Below, one piece after another: positions 1-11,600 of a stretch of DNA of 64,000 bases (its first letter is position 1; every line of letters starts with the position of its first letter). This DNA is from Chrysemys picta bellii (lineage: Eukaryota). Below the pieces are notes generated by a model. The model made no database searches and had not been told where the DNA came from. It saw only the letters and a program-made list of their open reading frames with translations. The DNA lies in NCBI RefSeq assembly GCF_011386835.1, contig NC_088794.1, forward strand, positions 36,332,001 through 36,396,000. The letters run 5' to 3'. Made by a program: the position numbers and the translations under genes.

Positions 1-174
1 TTTTTTTAAACTGTGTGTGCACGCTGCAAATTGGAGTTGTGGAAGCCTGGCAGCTGCAGCCTATGTCCAAATCCACTTGTTCCAAATGGACTCATGTATC
101 AAAAAGGAGAGGCCAGCGCTGCAGTCACCATAATCACAGCAGTGAAAGCTAGAGAACAGGGGTGATTGATGTTC

Positions 175-392
175 AGGGCAGTGTGGTCTAGTGAACATGA
201 GCACAGGAAATCTTGAGTTCTAATCCCAGCTCTGAGACCAACTTGCCATGTAACCTTGGGCAATTCACTGTGCCTCCCTCCCCTGTCTGTAAAATGAGGG
301 TGATGACCCTTACAGAGTGTCTCTCGCAAGGAAAGTGAGAGGATTAAATAAGTTAACATTTGTACAGTGCTTTCAAGATGGGAGAGCTAAGT
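175..392 (+). mobile_element. MIR-like (CORE) SINE, degenerate
   Basis: Head GGGCAGTGTGGTCTAGTG, core-like TAACCTTGGGCAATTCACTGTGCCTC...CTGTAAAATGAGG, tail GTGAGAGGATTAAATAAG. Boundaries approximate. Confidence 0.6.
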
Positions 393-965
393 GTTCTGGC
401 AGAGTCTTTCTGCCTGGGGTGGCTCCATACTCCCCTGTTGCGATCATCACAGCATGCGGACATACTACCTAGGGGCTGTCTCTTGCCTCTGTTTTCTCTG
501 CAGTGACTTTTCAGAGAGTGATGCATGGTGTGTTTTTTACAGCTAGGTTTCCGTGGGGGAAAGCTTTTGACTGACACCATCAGTTTTACCATAGGCAGGG
601 TTGAAAAACACCCTTTAAAAATTGCTGCTTTCCATTTTGTATATTACGTGAAACTCAGGCCGTGCAATGAATGGAAAGCAATAGCCAAGACTAGTTTCTG
701 GGAACAGCTACAGAAGCAAAATGGTAACATGAGGTAATATCATGGTCAGGAAAGGGTAGAAGGGGGGAGGAACAGCAGGAAAATCCCTCTTTCCTTGTTC
801 ATTTTTACAAGCTGTATATATTCTGTTGCTCACCTGCTCCCTGAATCAGCAAACAGCCAGGCAAGCTTCCAATGCCACTGCTTTCTATTAAAGTCAATGA
901 GGGCTGTAGAGCAAGTTGATGGCTGGTCTTGTGGACTCACTGTTTGACTCAGGGAAAGTCACTGA

Positions 966-1260
966 GGGCAGGTCTACACTACGGGGCTCAGTCGACCTAA
1001 GATACGCAACTCCAGCTATGTGAATAATGTAGCTGGAGTCGACTTACCTTAGGTTAACCTTTTGTGGTGTCTACACCACGCTGGGTCAACAGGAGAAACT
1101 CTCCCGTTGACTTATCTTATGCTTCTCGTTCCAGTGGAGTACCGGAGTCGACGGGAGAGCGATCCGTGGTCAATTTAGCCGGTCTTCACTAGACCCACTA
1201 AATCGACCCCCGGTGGATTGAGCGCCGCGCGTGGTTCCCCCCGTAAGTGGAGACAAGCAC
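966..1260. mobile_element. PIF/Harbinger-type MITE (GTCTACAC terminus family)
   Basis: Left end GGGCAGGTCTACACT, right end AGTGGAGACAAGCAC (degenerate inverted copy); CpG-rich interior with internal GTCGAC repeats. Confidence 0.75.
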
Positions 1261-1532
1261 CAAGTCTCTCCGTTCCTCAGTTCCCCATCTGTAAAAAGGG
1301 ACAATACTGTTTCCTTTGTCTTCCTTCTCTGGCTAGACTGTAAACTTTTGAGAATAGGAGTCTCTTTTTATATATATGTACAGCATGGACCATCTAAACT
1401 ATAGTGCACTAATCAAAATAATTAACAATGGTGCAACCAACTTGCAACATTTGGAAAATAATAATTATTTATTATTTTATGTATTATTGTAGTGCCTCAG
1501 AACCCTAGTCATGGACCAGGACCCCAATGTGC

Positions 1533-1552
1533 TGGTTGGTTGGTTGGTTGGT
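1533..1552. repeat. (TGGT)5 microsatellite
   Basis: TGGTTGGTTGGTTGGTTGGT read directly. Confidence 0.9.
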
Positions 1553-4335
1553 GACTCTTCCTGGTACAGCAGCAAATTGGAACTAAGAACTTCTGGATAT
1601 AACATTAACCATGCTGCACTTGTAGAATGATCCTTGCAGCATTTATTTCTTACACTTAACCATTTGGGAATGTGTTTGTCACCCTCCTTGCTCCTGTCAC
1701 ATGAGGGGATCTGTCAGATCAGAATACATTGTCTCCGTGCTTTTTTCTTGTTCTTCAACTCATCTCAGGCACAAATCTTTTTCAGATGTTTCCCCCATTT
1801 GTTTCCATTATTATATCTGGTGCTTCTGGGTAGTAAACAAAAATAAATACCTTTGTAAATGCACCCTGTATTTCCATTAGCTTTATTTATCATACGGCAC
1901 GTTGGTGCACTGTGGCTGAGTATTTTTAATAAGACGAAGTTGATGAAAATAAATTGCTTTGCAGTTCCTGCTGAGGGTGACAGAAATGCTGGCCCTATAA
2001 TTTTCTGAAACTGCATTTGAAACTTGTATAGAGTGGGGTCTGCATGCTTGTACATATAAACATCTTTATACCTCCCTGGGGGAAAAAGTCTATTGACTTG
2101 TACTATGTCTAAAATCTTTGAGCGAGATTCTCTGCTATATCCTGCTGCTTCTGGGCACAGCAGAAAGAAAGAGCAGTCAGAGAGCCAGTTACATTTGATC
2201 CCAAGGCCAGTTTTGGGTCTGCCACAGGAAAGACTTGACCAGGTCAGTCTCTGGTACAAGGAAGAGACTGATTTATATAGGGGATCCTCTTTCCCAACAT
2301 GCCTTGCTGCCAAGGTCTGGGTAGTGTAGGACCACTGAGACTTAAAGGGCCCATACATCCAAATTCAGTCTCCAAGGGACTATGCATCGGATGGAGATCA
2401 CTGGCATGCCACTTCCTGTCCCACACCCTGATATGCCCCATACCAGAGGCTGCAGGAGAGGTGGAATAGGAACTACCTATGTTAGCTGTATGACCACTCA
2501 GGACTTCCCCAAGCCAGGGGAATCCCCAACTATGGAGATGTGGGCTGTCTTTTCTCCCTTTGCATCATGTAGCAGTGCAGAAGCAATAGAGCGGGATTGA
2601 GAGCCTGGTCCTATATCAATAACATCTGTACCATATAAACAGTGGTGATACCTATATGATAAATTGCATTTTAACATACTTTTATGACGGTCTCACTGGC
2701 AATTTGCCCACTAAACCACCTCTGCCTGGATTAGAGCTAGCCACAATTTTTTAACATTTGATTTTTCAATAAAAATGTTCATCTGATTTTGGATCTTAAT
2801 GAAAAAAATATTCACAAAATTTCCACTAACTTTTCTTGTGGAGTTTCAACAAGCACTAGAGCTTAGTCAGAATTTTTCAAATTTTGATTTAAACAAAAAA
2901 ATTTCCAACTTTTTTCCACTAGCTCTCGGTCACTGAGTACTATTCCGCCCCCCTTTACAGTAGATCTGAACACCCACAATCTTTTACTGTGTTTATCCAC
3001 ACAACACCCCTGTGAGGCAGGGAAGTATTATCATCCACTGACAGAGAGAGAGTCTAAATCATCTTCTCATGTCCTTGTCACACACTAGAGGTTTTCCCAG
3101 AACCGTGGACAAGCAATGGCTCTTTCCGTTGCTGTAGCGAGGTCCTTCTTCATAAAGGTCTCCCCAAAGAGTCAGCCAATGCTCCATGGTCTGCACCTTA
3201 CCGCACTCGCATATATTCATGTCATTAGAGTACCCTCATTGGATCATATTAGTCTTCAATCTCCATGTGTTTGCATGTGTAAGTGGTTCAGGCATTGCCA
3301 CATTGACCTGTCTGTATCGGCTCCTCTGGGAAAGTCCTCCTGGGGTTCCAGAGCTATTTCAGTGCGTCTGACTGCGTGAAACCTTTCATTCCATAACCTC
3401 AGTTCTGCCTTACCAGCTGTCATATCCAAAGGCACAATACTGGTTATAAAACTCTTTCTCAGTTTAAGTGACTTGCCCAGGGTTACAGAGGAGCAGGGAT
3501 TTAAACCCAGGTCTCCCAAATCTATAGCTGCTGCCCTAACTACTGGACCATCTTTATTCTCTCCAGGGCTAGTCCTAATATTATAATACTCTGAGTAGCT
3601 TCAAAAAGGACCATTTAAAAATGCACAAGAATATTTTCCTCTCCTCCCCCTCCCCCCAAATTTGGAGTTTCCCTCTCAAATCATACCATTCTGAGGCACT
3701 GAAAGGACAATATTCAGTCTTGAAGTAATTTTGTTCTTTTCCTCTCCCTCTAAGACCTGTTTGGTTGGACTAAGGGTACTGGAACTAAGGCTGAATTGCC
3801 TTATGCACAAAGGAATACAACAATAACTCCCTAAAAAATTGTAAAAGCTCTCTAAAATGTACTGTTTTAAAAGTTTTCCAGTGACATTTGTGGTATCAAC
3901 AAAAGATGGTGATGTTTGCTGGTCCTATTTACCTTCATCTCACTGCCCCAGCAGATATCTGCTGTCAGATCGCATGCCCTGCCATGCAGCAATGGAGCGC
4001 ATTTCAAAGCAGTTACCCATTGAGGGAGTGTGGGCTTGCTCCCCTATTACAGTATTCTGAAGCCAAGGGCATAAAAGCCACCTCTGAAGGTCTGCCCCTA
4101 AGGGAAATCTGCAAAGCAATCCATTCAGAGAACAAAAGGTCCTTCAGTAAATGACCTCTTTGTGTCACTAGTCTGGGAGGGCCTGCGTAGTAATGCTGGT
4201 CATCTCAGACTCATTCCAATAAAAGCTTTATTCTTCCTATACATAATGTACTGTGTGTACACAGAAGGAGGCAGCACTGTACAGTAGCACAGAATCACAG
4301 TAGAGATGGGAAAAGGCCTCACTGTTTCTCTAGAT

Positions 4336-4446
4336 CAGTGTTTCTCAAGGATCAGTCCGTGGACCAGTGCCAGCCCCTGAGATCTCCCTGACCATTTAGG
4401 AAGGCAGCAAGCTGGTGCCTGGTATCAAAAAGGCTGAGAAACACTG
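4336..4446. mobile_element. hAT (Charlie-type) MITE
   Basis: Perfect 12-bp TIR CAGTGTTTCTCA...TGAGAAACACTG; degenerate 8-bp TSD CTCTAGAT/TTCGAGAC, matching the Charlie NTCTAGAN preference. Confidence 0.85.
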
Positions 4447-4699
4447 TTCGAGACAATCCTCCTGCCAATGCAGGTCTGTATCTAGTCCGGTTTTAAATTA
4501 CTCAGTTGATGGGGCTGCCATTATTTCTCTAGGGAGACTATTCCATGGTCTAATAGAGCTCCACTCTTAAGCTAAATATCTGGGAATGTTTCCTAAGTTT
4601 TCTTTTGATTGGTGGCATCTCATTACCCCAATCATAATAACCCTTTGGGCTGCCCTAGATAATTCCCCTCCTTTTTTTGCCTGGTATACTTTTGGAGTA

Positions 4700-4891
4700 C
4701 ACCTCTACCCCAATATAACGTGACCCGATATAACAGAAATTTGGATATAATGCGGTAAAGCAGTGCTCCGGGGCGGGGGGGAGGTCTGCGCACTCCGGCG
4801 GATCAAAGCAAGTTCGATATAATGCGGTTTCACCTATAACGCGGTAAGATTTTTTGGCTCCCAAGGACAGCGTTATATTGGGGTAGAGGTG
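4700..4891. mobile_element. Tc1/mariner (Tigger-like) MITE
   Basis: Perfect 21-bp TIR CACCTCTACCCCAATATAACG...CGTTATATTGGGGTAGAGGTG with TA on both sides (4698-99, 4892-93). Confidence 0.9.
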
Positions 4892-5607
4892 TACTTGAAT
4901 GCTCAATGATAATGTGCAGTTATCCTATCTCCCTCTTGGGTCCTAATTCTCCAGCCCTTACTCACGCTGTGTAACACTTACATGCAAGAGTAGTCCCCTT
5001 GAAGTCAATGGGATTAGTCAAGTGAAGCAGACTTATTCAGCATGAGTAAGGTTTGCAGAAATGAGCCCTTACCTGAGTGCCCATGCTAGACATGTGTAGT
5101 TTATCTTTGTCAGAAATCAGCCTGTTTATTTTCAGCAGTTCTCCAAATTCCCTCTTGTTTGTCGACATTGTCTGGTACTGAGGTGTCCAGAACTGAGCAC
5201 AGTTATGTGAGTGTAGTTCCTCCAAAGCTATTTCAAAAAAGGAACGATCACCATCCACCTTGGTTAATGGCCTGATGTCTCTGCATATGCAGCCTAACTC
5301 TACATTCGCTTTTGCAGCTGCCATATTATGCTGGAAGCTCATCTATAATTTGCTGCCCGCTATCCGTCTTGATCTTTGGAGGAATTATTGCTTTTCAGAT
5401 ATCATCCCTCTACTGGGGATGCTGAAAACTGAATTTGTTCCGTTGTTTGGAATCACTGGAACGCCTGGCGTCCAAGCAGTGTTTGACTCCAACCCTGTTA
5501 AAAATGTTCACAGCTGCTAATTTCCCAATTCTCTCATTTCACAGTCTTTCACACATGTTTAATTCCTAAAGAGAGAGAGACAGAGACAGACAGAGAGATC
5601 TGTGTGA

Positions 5608-5787
<180 letters not shown>

Positions 5788-6876
5788 TGAGTACAGCAGG
5801 TTTATAATGGGTGGTGACTGTGGCCTGGAAACTCATAACAAAGCAGTCAGTAGGGCTGGGGCTCCTTATACTTCTGTTTGCTAGTAACTAGTTAATGTTG
5901 TAAAGCTGTTGGGGTCCAAAAGTGCTGCATAAATGCTGCTGCTGCTACTTCTTGGCTCTCTCTGTGAACACACATCGGTCACACATAGACTGTTCATGCA
6001 GATTGTCCATGATTTTCATTTGGATCTGTTTATAATATATGTAGAAAGGCTCATTTCTGGTTTCCATTGGAAAGCAAGCCTGCTGTTCCATGATGAGCAT
6101 GATGGGAGGGGGCAGCTGCTGTCACGTTCATTTATAGTGAGTGCTTTAACCAAGAAAATCAGATTCCTGGGGGACCAGTGTTTCATTTCCATGAGTCTTG
6201 GGGGCACTTGCCAATAACCGAGAATAATATGTGCCTTATCAAGACTAGTCCCTGAAGAAACCTGGGACAATTATCAATACAACAAAGTCATTTTATGGCC
6301 TCCTTGGATTAGAGGGAAACCTGCTGGCAGTTGGCAGCCCTGCCTGGGCCCCTTCTGGGCATTTGAGTCACTGTTGCCTTTAATTTCCTTTCCAGTAGGG
6401 AGTAATTTTCTTTATCAGTCTGTTATTGTTACATATTAACTCAGTTGAATTATTTAACCATTGAGTGTGGTTTAACCTGTAACTTTCAGATGACATTTTA
6501 AATTGAACCAGTTTCCACTTCAGCTTTAACAAGTTCGGGTAATTTAAATTATACTGAAATTGAGTTGTTGCAGCCAATCAAATCACAGGGTTTCTGTACA
6601 GTTACTGACCTGTAAGTGCACGCTTATTTCTCAGTAATACAATTCCATGCACTCTGATTGGCTAAGGTGCTGTGATTTACATAATGACTGCACAGTCGTG
6701 TCTTAATAACTACATACAGCACGCAGATTCCTCCATTCTGATAGGCTGAGGGCCATTGTTAGACAATGAGAGCACAGCGATTTGCATAATGACTGTATAG
6801 TTATTTCTCAGTAATCGTGCAATGATTATCCATATTCCTCAGATTTGACTAACTACGGTCCTCAGAATGTCCCATG

Positions 6877-8500
6877 CAGGGCTGTCAAGTGATTAAAAAA
6901 ATTAATTGCAATTAATTGCACTGTTAAACAATAATAGAATATCATTTATTTAAAATATTTTGGTGTGTTTTCTACATTTTCAAATATATTGATTTCAATT
7001 ACAACACAGAATATAAAGTGTACAGTGCTTCCTTTATTTTTTATTACAAATATTTGCACTGTAAAAAAAAAAAGAAATAATATTTTTCAATTCACCTAAT
7101 ACAAGTACTGTATTGCAATCTCTTTATCATGAAAGTTGAACTTACAAATGTAGAATTCTGTACAAAAAATATAACTGCATTCAAAAATAAAACAATTTAA
7201 AACTTTAGAGCCTACAAGTCCACTCAGTCCTACTTCAGCCAATCACTCAAACAAACAAGTTTGGTTACAATTTGCAGGAGATAATTCTGCCCGCTTCTTG
7301 TTTACAATGTCACCTGAACATGAGAACAGGCAGTCACATGGCACTGCTGTAGCCAGCATCGCAAGATATTTACATGCCAGATGCCCTAAATATTCATATG
7401 TCCCTTCATGCTTCAACCACCATTCCAGAGGACATGTGTCCATTCTGATGACGGGTTCTGCTTGATAACGATCCAAAGCAGAGCGGACCAGTGCATGGTC
7501 ATTTTCATCATCAAATGGCACCAGCAGAAGGTTGATTTTCATTTTTGGTGGTTCGGGTTCTGTAGTTTCCACATCTGAGTGTTGCTCTTTTAAGACTTCT
7601 GAAAGCATGCTCCACACCTCGTCCCTCTCAGATTTTGGACGGCACTTCAGATTCTTAAACCTTGGGTCGAGTGCTGTAGCTATTTTTAGAAATCTCACAT
7701 TGGTACCTTCTTTGCATTTGTCAAATCTGCTGTGAAAGTGTTCTTAAAATGAACATGTGCTGGGTAATCATCCAAGACTACTATAACATGAAATATATGG
7801 CAGAATGCAAGTAAAACAGAACAGAAGACATACAATTCTTCCCCAAGGAGTTCAGTCACAAATTTAATTAACACGTTGTTTTTTTAACGAGCATCATCAG
7901 GATGGAATCATGTCCTCTGGAATGGTGGCCAAAGCATGAAGGGGCATATGAATATTTAGCACGCTTGGCACATAAATACCTTGCGACTCTGGCTACAAAA
8001 GTGCCATGTGAATGCCTGTTCTCACTTTCAGGTGACATTGTAAATAAGAAGCAGGCAGCAGTATCTCTCATAAATGTAAACAAACTTGTTTGTCTTAGTG
8101 ATTGGCTGAAGTAGGACTGAATGGACTTGTAGACTCTAAATTTTACATTTTTTTGTTTTTGAGTGCAGTTGTGTAACAAAAAAAATCTACATTTGTAAGT
8201 TACACTTTCACGATAAAGAGATTGCACTACAGTACTTGCATGAGGTGAACTGAAAAATACTATTTCTTTTGTTTATCATTTTTACAGTGCAAATATTTGT
8301 AATAAAAATAATAATATAAAGTGAGCACTGTACACTTTGTATTCTGTGTTGTAATAGAAATCAATACATTTGAAAATGTAGAAAAACATCCAAAAATATT
8401 TAATACATTTTAATTGGTATTCTATTGTTTAACAGTGCGATTAATTTTTTTAATTGCGATTTTTTTTTATTTAATCACATGAGTTAATTGCAATTAATCA
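6877..8500. mobile_element. Non-autonomous hAT derivative with fold-back structure and transposase remnants
   Basis: Left terminus CAGGGCTGTCAAG at 6877. ORF 7243..7698 (-) has ATALDPRFKNL and CPLEWW...LACKYLAMLATAVPCDCLFS, and ORF 7902..8114 (+) has CPLEWW...LAHKYLATLATKVPCECLFS; both are the hAT C-terminal dimerisation domain. ~6900-7465 is the reverse complement of ~7890-8450. The right TIR is missing where a SINE begins. Confidence 0.88.
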
Positions 8501-8510
8501 ATTGCAGGAG

Positions 8511-8677
8511 GAGGGATAGCTCAGTGGTTTGAGCATTGGCCTGCTAAACCTGGGTTTATGAGTTCAATCCTTGATGGGGCTATTTAGGGATCTGGGGCAA
8601 AATCAGTACTTGGTCCTGCTAGTGAAGGTAGGGGGCTGGAGTTGATGACCTTTCAGGATCCCTTCCAGTTCTATGAG
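8511..8677 (+). mobile_element. tRNA-derived SINE with CR1-like 3' tail (tortoise PolIII/SINE type)
   Basis: A box TAGCTCAGTGG, B box GAGTTCAATCC, tail GATGACC...CCCTTCCAGTTCTATGAG. Confidence 0.85.
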
Positions 8678-11600
8678 ATAGGTATATCTTCATATATATA
8701 TATATAATACATCCATAGTGAAAATGGCTACCTAAGTGTCTGATCTGCTCCCCTTGTTGTGTAAATAACTGGAAATTTCTAAGGGAATGTATTACTTTCA
8801 GATAGAAGAGGGGATCTAAGCCTTTTTGAAGGAGCTGTAGGGCAATATTAAGAAGAATGGGGTATGGTGGGGAACAGTTCAGAGGTTGAACTGACCACAT
8901 TTGTGGATTTCGAAGTTCTGAGGACAATACGCAGTCAGCACGGACGGGTTTGTGATAGTCAACAGAGCATGGGGTGAGCTGACAATGAACAATAATAACA
9001 TGAGGGGCCAATCCAAAACCCATTGAAATTAATGGTGAGACACACACACCCCCCAATTGACTTCAGTGGGCTCTGGATCATCAGACCCGGGAAGTTTTCT
9101 CTGATGGCAGATAATTCTAAACAAATAATTTGTTCTGTGAATGCCACATCTTTTTCTCCTTGCAAATCACTAGTGGGAGAATCATGATTTTCTTAACATT
9201 TCTGAGAATAATTTATGATAGCTTGTTCAGGAGCAGTTTGGGTAGTGTGGTCCCAGGTACGTTTGATTGGACACATAGGTTGGTTTTGTTCCTGACTAGC
9301 AGAGCATATCTCTTAGAGGCCATGATTCGGGAAAGCATTTAAGCTTGCTGCTAAGCCCCATTCCTGAATAGGGAGGCTTTCCTGCGTCTGCCTAGAATCA
9401 GATTTCAGGTGTCAATTGTCTCATTTACAAATTCAGAATTCATATTCTGCAAATATTCTCCATTATTCTCTTATAATTGACGGTCTCCACAAATATAGCT
9501 GCTGGTAAATTAATTCGCTCGAATATTCACAGGAAGCACACACAAAAAAGGTGCAAACACAACTGATGGTAATTCATTTAATAACTCAAACGCATATTAA
9601 CACAGATGTTTGTGGTCTTCGGATGACTCTTGTGGGAATATATATGTATCTACTGGCAATTAGGTACTATTGTGACAAGTGTGGCGCAGGTAGATAGATG
9701 AACAAATGCCTTCTGGTGTCTGCCTTTAATAAACGGGGCTGAGGGTGGGGCTGAGGCCGTAAAAAGAGTAAGTAATTCTGGAGAATTAAGGGTCTCTAGC
9801 GAATTTTTAAAGGATGGTGAATGCCTCTTTTAAGGATCCCCAGCTACCGTCTTCAACAAATTTGGGTGTTAAGGCAATATCTTTCTTGTTAAGAAGTGAG
9901 TCTGTTTCTGTGATTTCCTCCTCAACCCCTACTCTACCACTGTCAGTGCAGAGTCAAACGACAGTGAATCAGGAGCACCCCCCTCCTCCATGAAAACCGT
10001 GCAGCTCCTGAAATGTGAGAATATGAGCAGTCACCACCAAAGGTTTTTTAAAAATCAGGTTTGTAAATATATAATAATTTAATGTACTTTCCTAAGCAAC
10101 GAAGCTTGACCTTGCCCTGTCGCAGGGCAGCGAGATGATAAATCATCTCATCAGCTGGGTTATCCAGTTATGACCACACTGAGTAATGAAGGCTTCTCCT
10201 TTGGCTAATGACTGGATGTGAGTGCCTCTAGCATGCTAGCAGAATAGATTGATAGCTCTGTGCCCCCCACCCAATATCATGCCACCTCTTCTTCCACCAT
10301 CCCCAGGAGGGAGCAAGCAATCACAGAGAAATTCTTAAGGTTTACAGTTTCTTCAGCATCCTGGTAAGTTCTTCTTTCACTGCTTTGAATTTATTAATGG
10401 CTCAGGATTCCTGGATGAGAGACTCTGAAAGGGTTTCCCCACAGTGGCCATTGATGCGGGGGGAGCTGTGCTTTCAACCACAGGCAGAAATTGCCTTTGT
10501 CTGATGAAGGGTTTTCAAGGAAACAGCCCCAGCAAGGAACAAAATGGATTTGTAATTTGCTTGTGTTTGTTTTAATGTTATTTTAAATCAGTATGAGCTT
10601 TCTGTTCCCATTTATTTTTTTTAATGGGAGTGTAGTGGGAGCTTGGAGCTTCTCCCAGTCACAGTCACTGTACAGGATTTTGCAGTAGGGTTGGCTGTGG
10701 GAGAATTCACAGTGACCCTAGTTATAGCCCCACTTAGGAGTGCAGGAAATGGCATCAGACCATTGGCATGTGGGAGCTTACTGCTACCCTAGCCTCAGGA
10801 GTCAGTGAAATGTCATACCAGCACTGACCACATTTTTCAAAAGTGACTAATGATGTTGGCTGCCCACCTTGATGCCCACTTTGAAACACTTCAAAGGGAG
10901 CTTGTGTTCAGCAGGTGCTGAGCCACCACTCTGAAAACCAGGGTCCTGTAAGGGGCCTGAAGTAGGATCCCTAACCTCAGTAGTCACTTTTGAACACCTT
11001 GGCCACTGACTGTGTGGGACCTCACAGCTACTCCAGTCCCAGCCACAGTCACTGTAGGAAATTATATAGGGGCTCTGACCGTGGGGGAGTTCACAGCTAC
11101 TCCAGTCTGAGCTTTCCCCTGGAGGAGCACCCTTCTATTTAGAAAAAAGCAAAGACTGCAGAGAGAAGGGAATCTGGAAGGAAATAAGAGAGAACAGCTA
11201 AAAGGTTCCTGATTGGCTGTATGTGACATCACCAACCAATGTTGTGATTGGTCTGAGTTGTGTTTCTTGTGTGTGTTGGGTTTTTCTTTTGGTCAGGCTC
11301 CTATTTGTTGTCTGTATCTTGTGAGCTGACAAATAAAAATATGATTACGGAAAAGGGCCCATGGCAAAACTTATTAAGCTTCAGAGATAACTGATCATGC
11401 CAATTACTGCACACGCAGTGGTGACATTGAGAGAAAATTCCTCTGGTAGTGAGCAGCAGGATTATTATTTCATTTTATTTTTATTTTTATTTTTATTTTG
11501 GTTTGGTTCTTTTTTTCCAGGATGGCACAAGGAGGGTTTGAGGGTCTGTATGAATATTGATAAATGCCAATTACTAGAGCCTCTTCTTTCATTGCCTGAG

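Larger units (their letters stand above)
4288..5440 (-). mobile_element. Old CR1 LINE 3' fragment (antisense), interrupted by younger insertions
   Basis: Minus-strand tail ends in a TTCTGTG unit at ~4288-4300. ORF 5037..5342 starts MSFQHNMAAAKANVELGCI, resembling the CR1 ORF2 motif MSxQCxxAAKKANxxLGCI (compare MSRQCDVAVKKANAVLGCI in the intact copy at 57474..58880). 5' boundary approximate. Confidence 0.7.

Noticed and set aside
1765-2358. 197-aa minus-strand ORF
   Set aside because: No recognisable domain or codon pattern; intronic and antisense; treated as chance.
8511-8575. tRNA-like sequence (also at 61263)
   Set aside because: It has A and B boxes but runs straight into a CR1-type tail and lacks a complete cloverleaf; it is a SINE head, not a tRNA gene.
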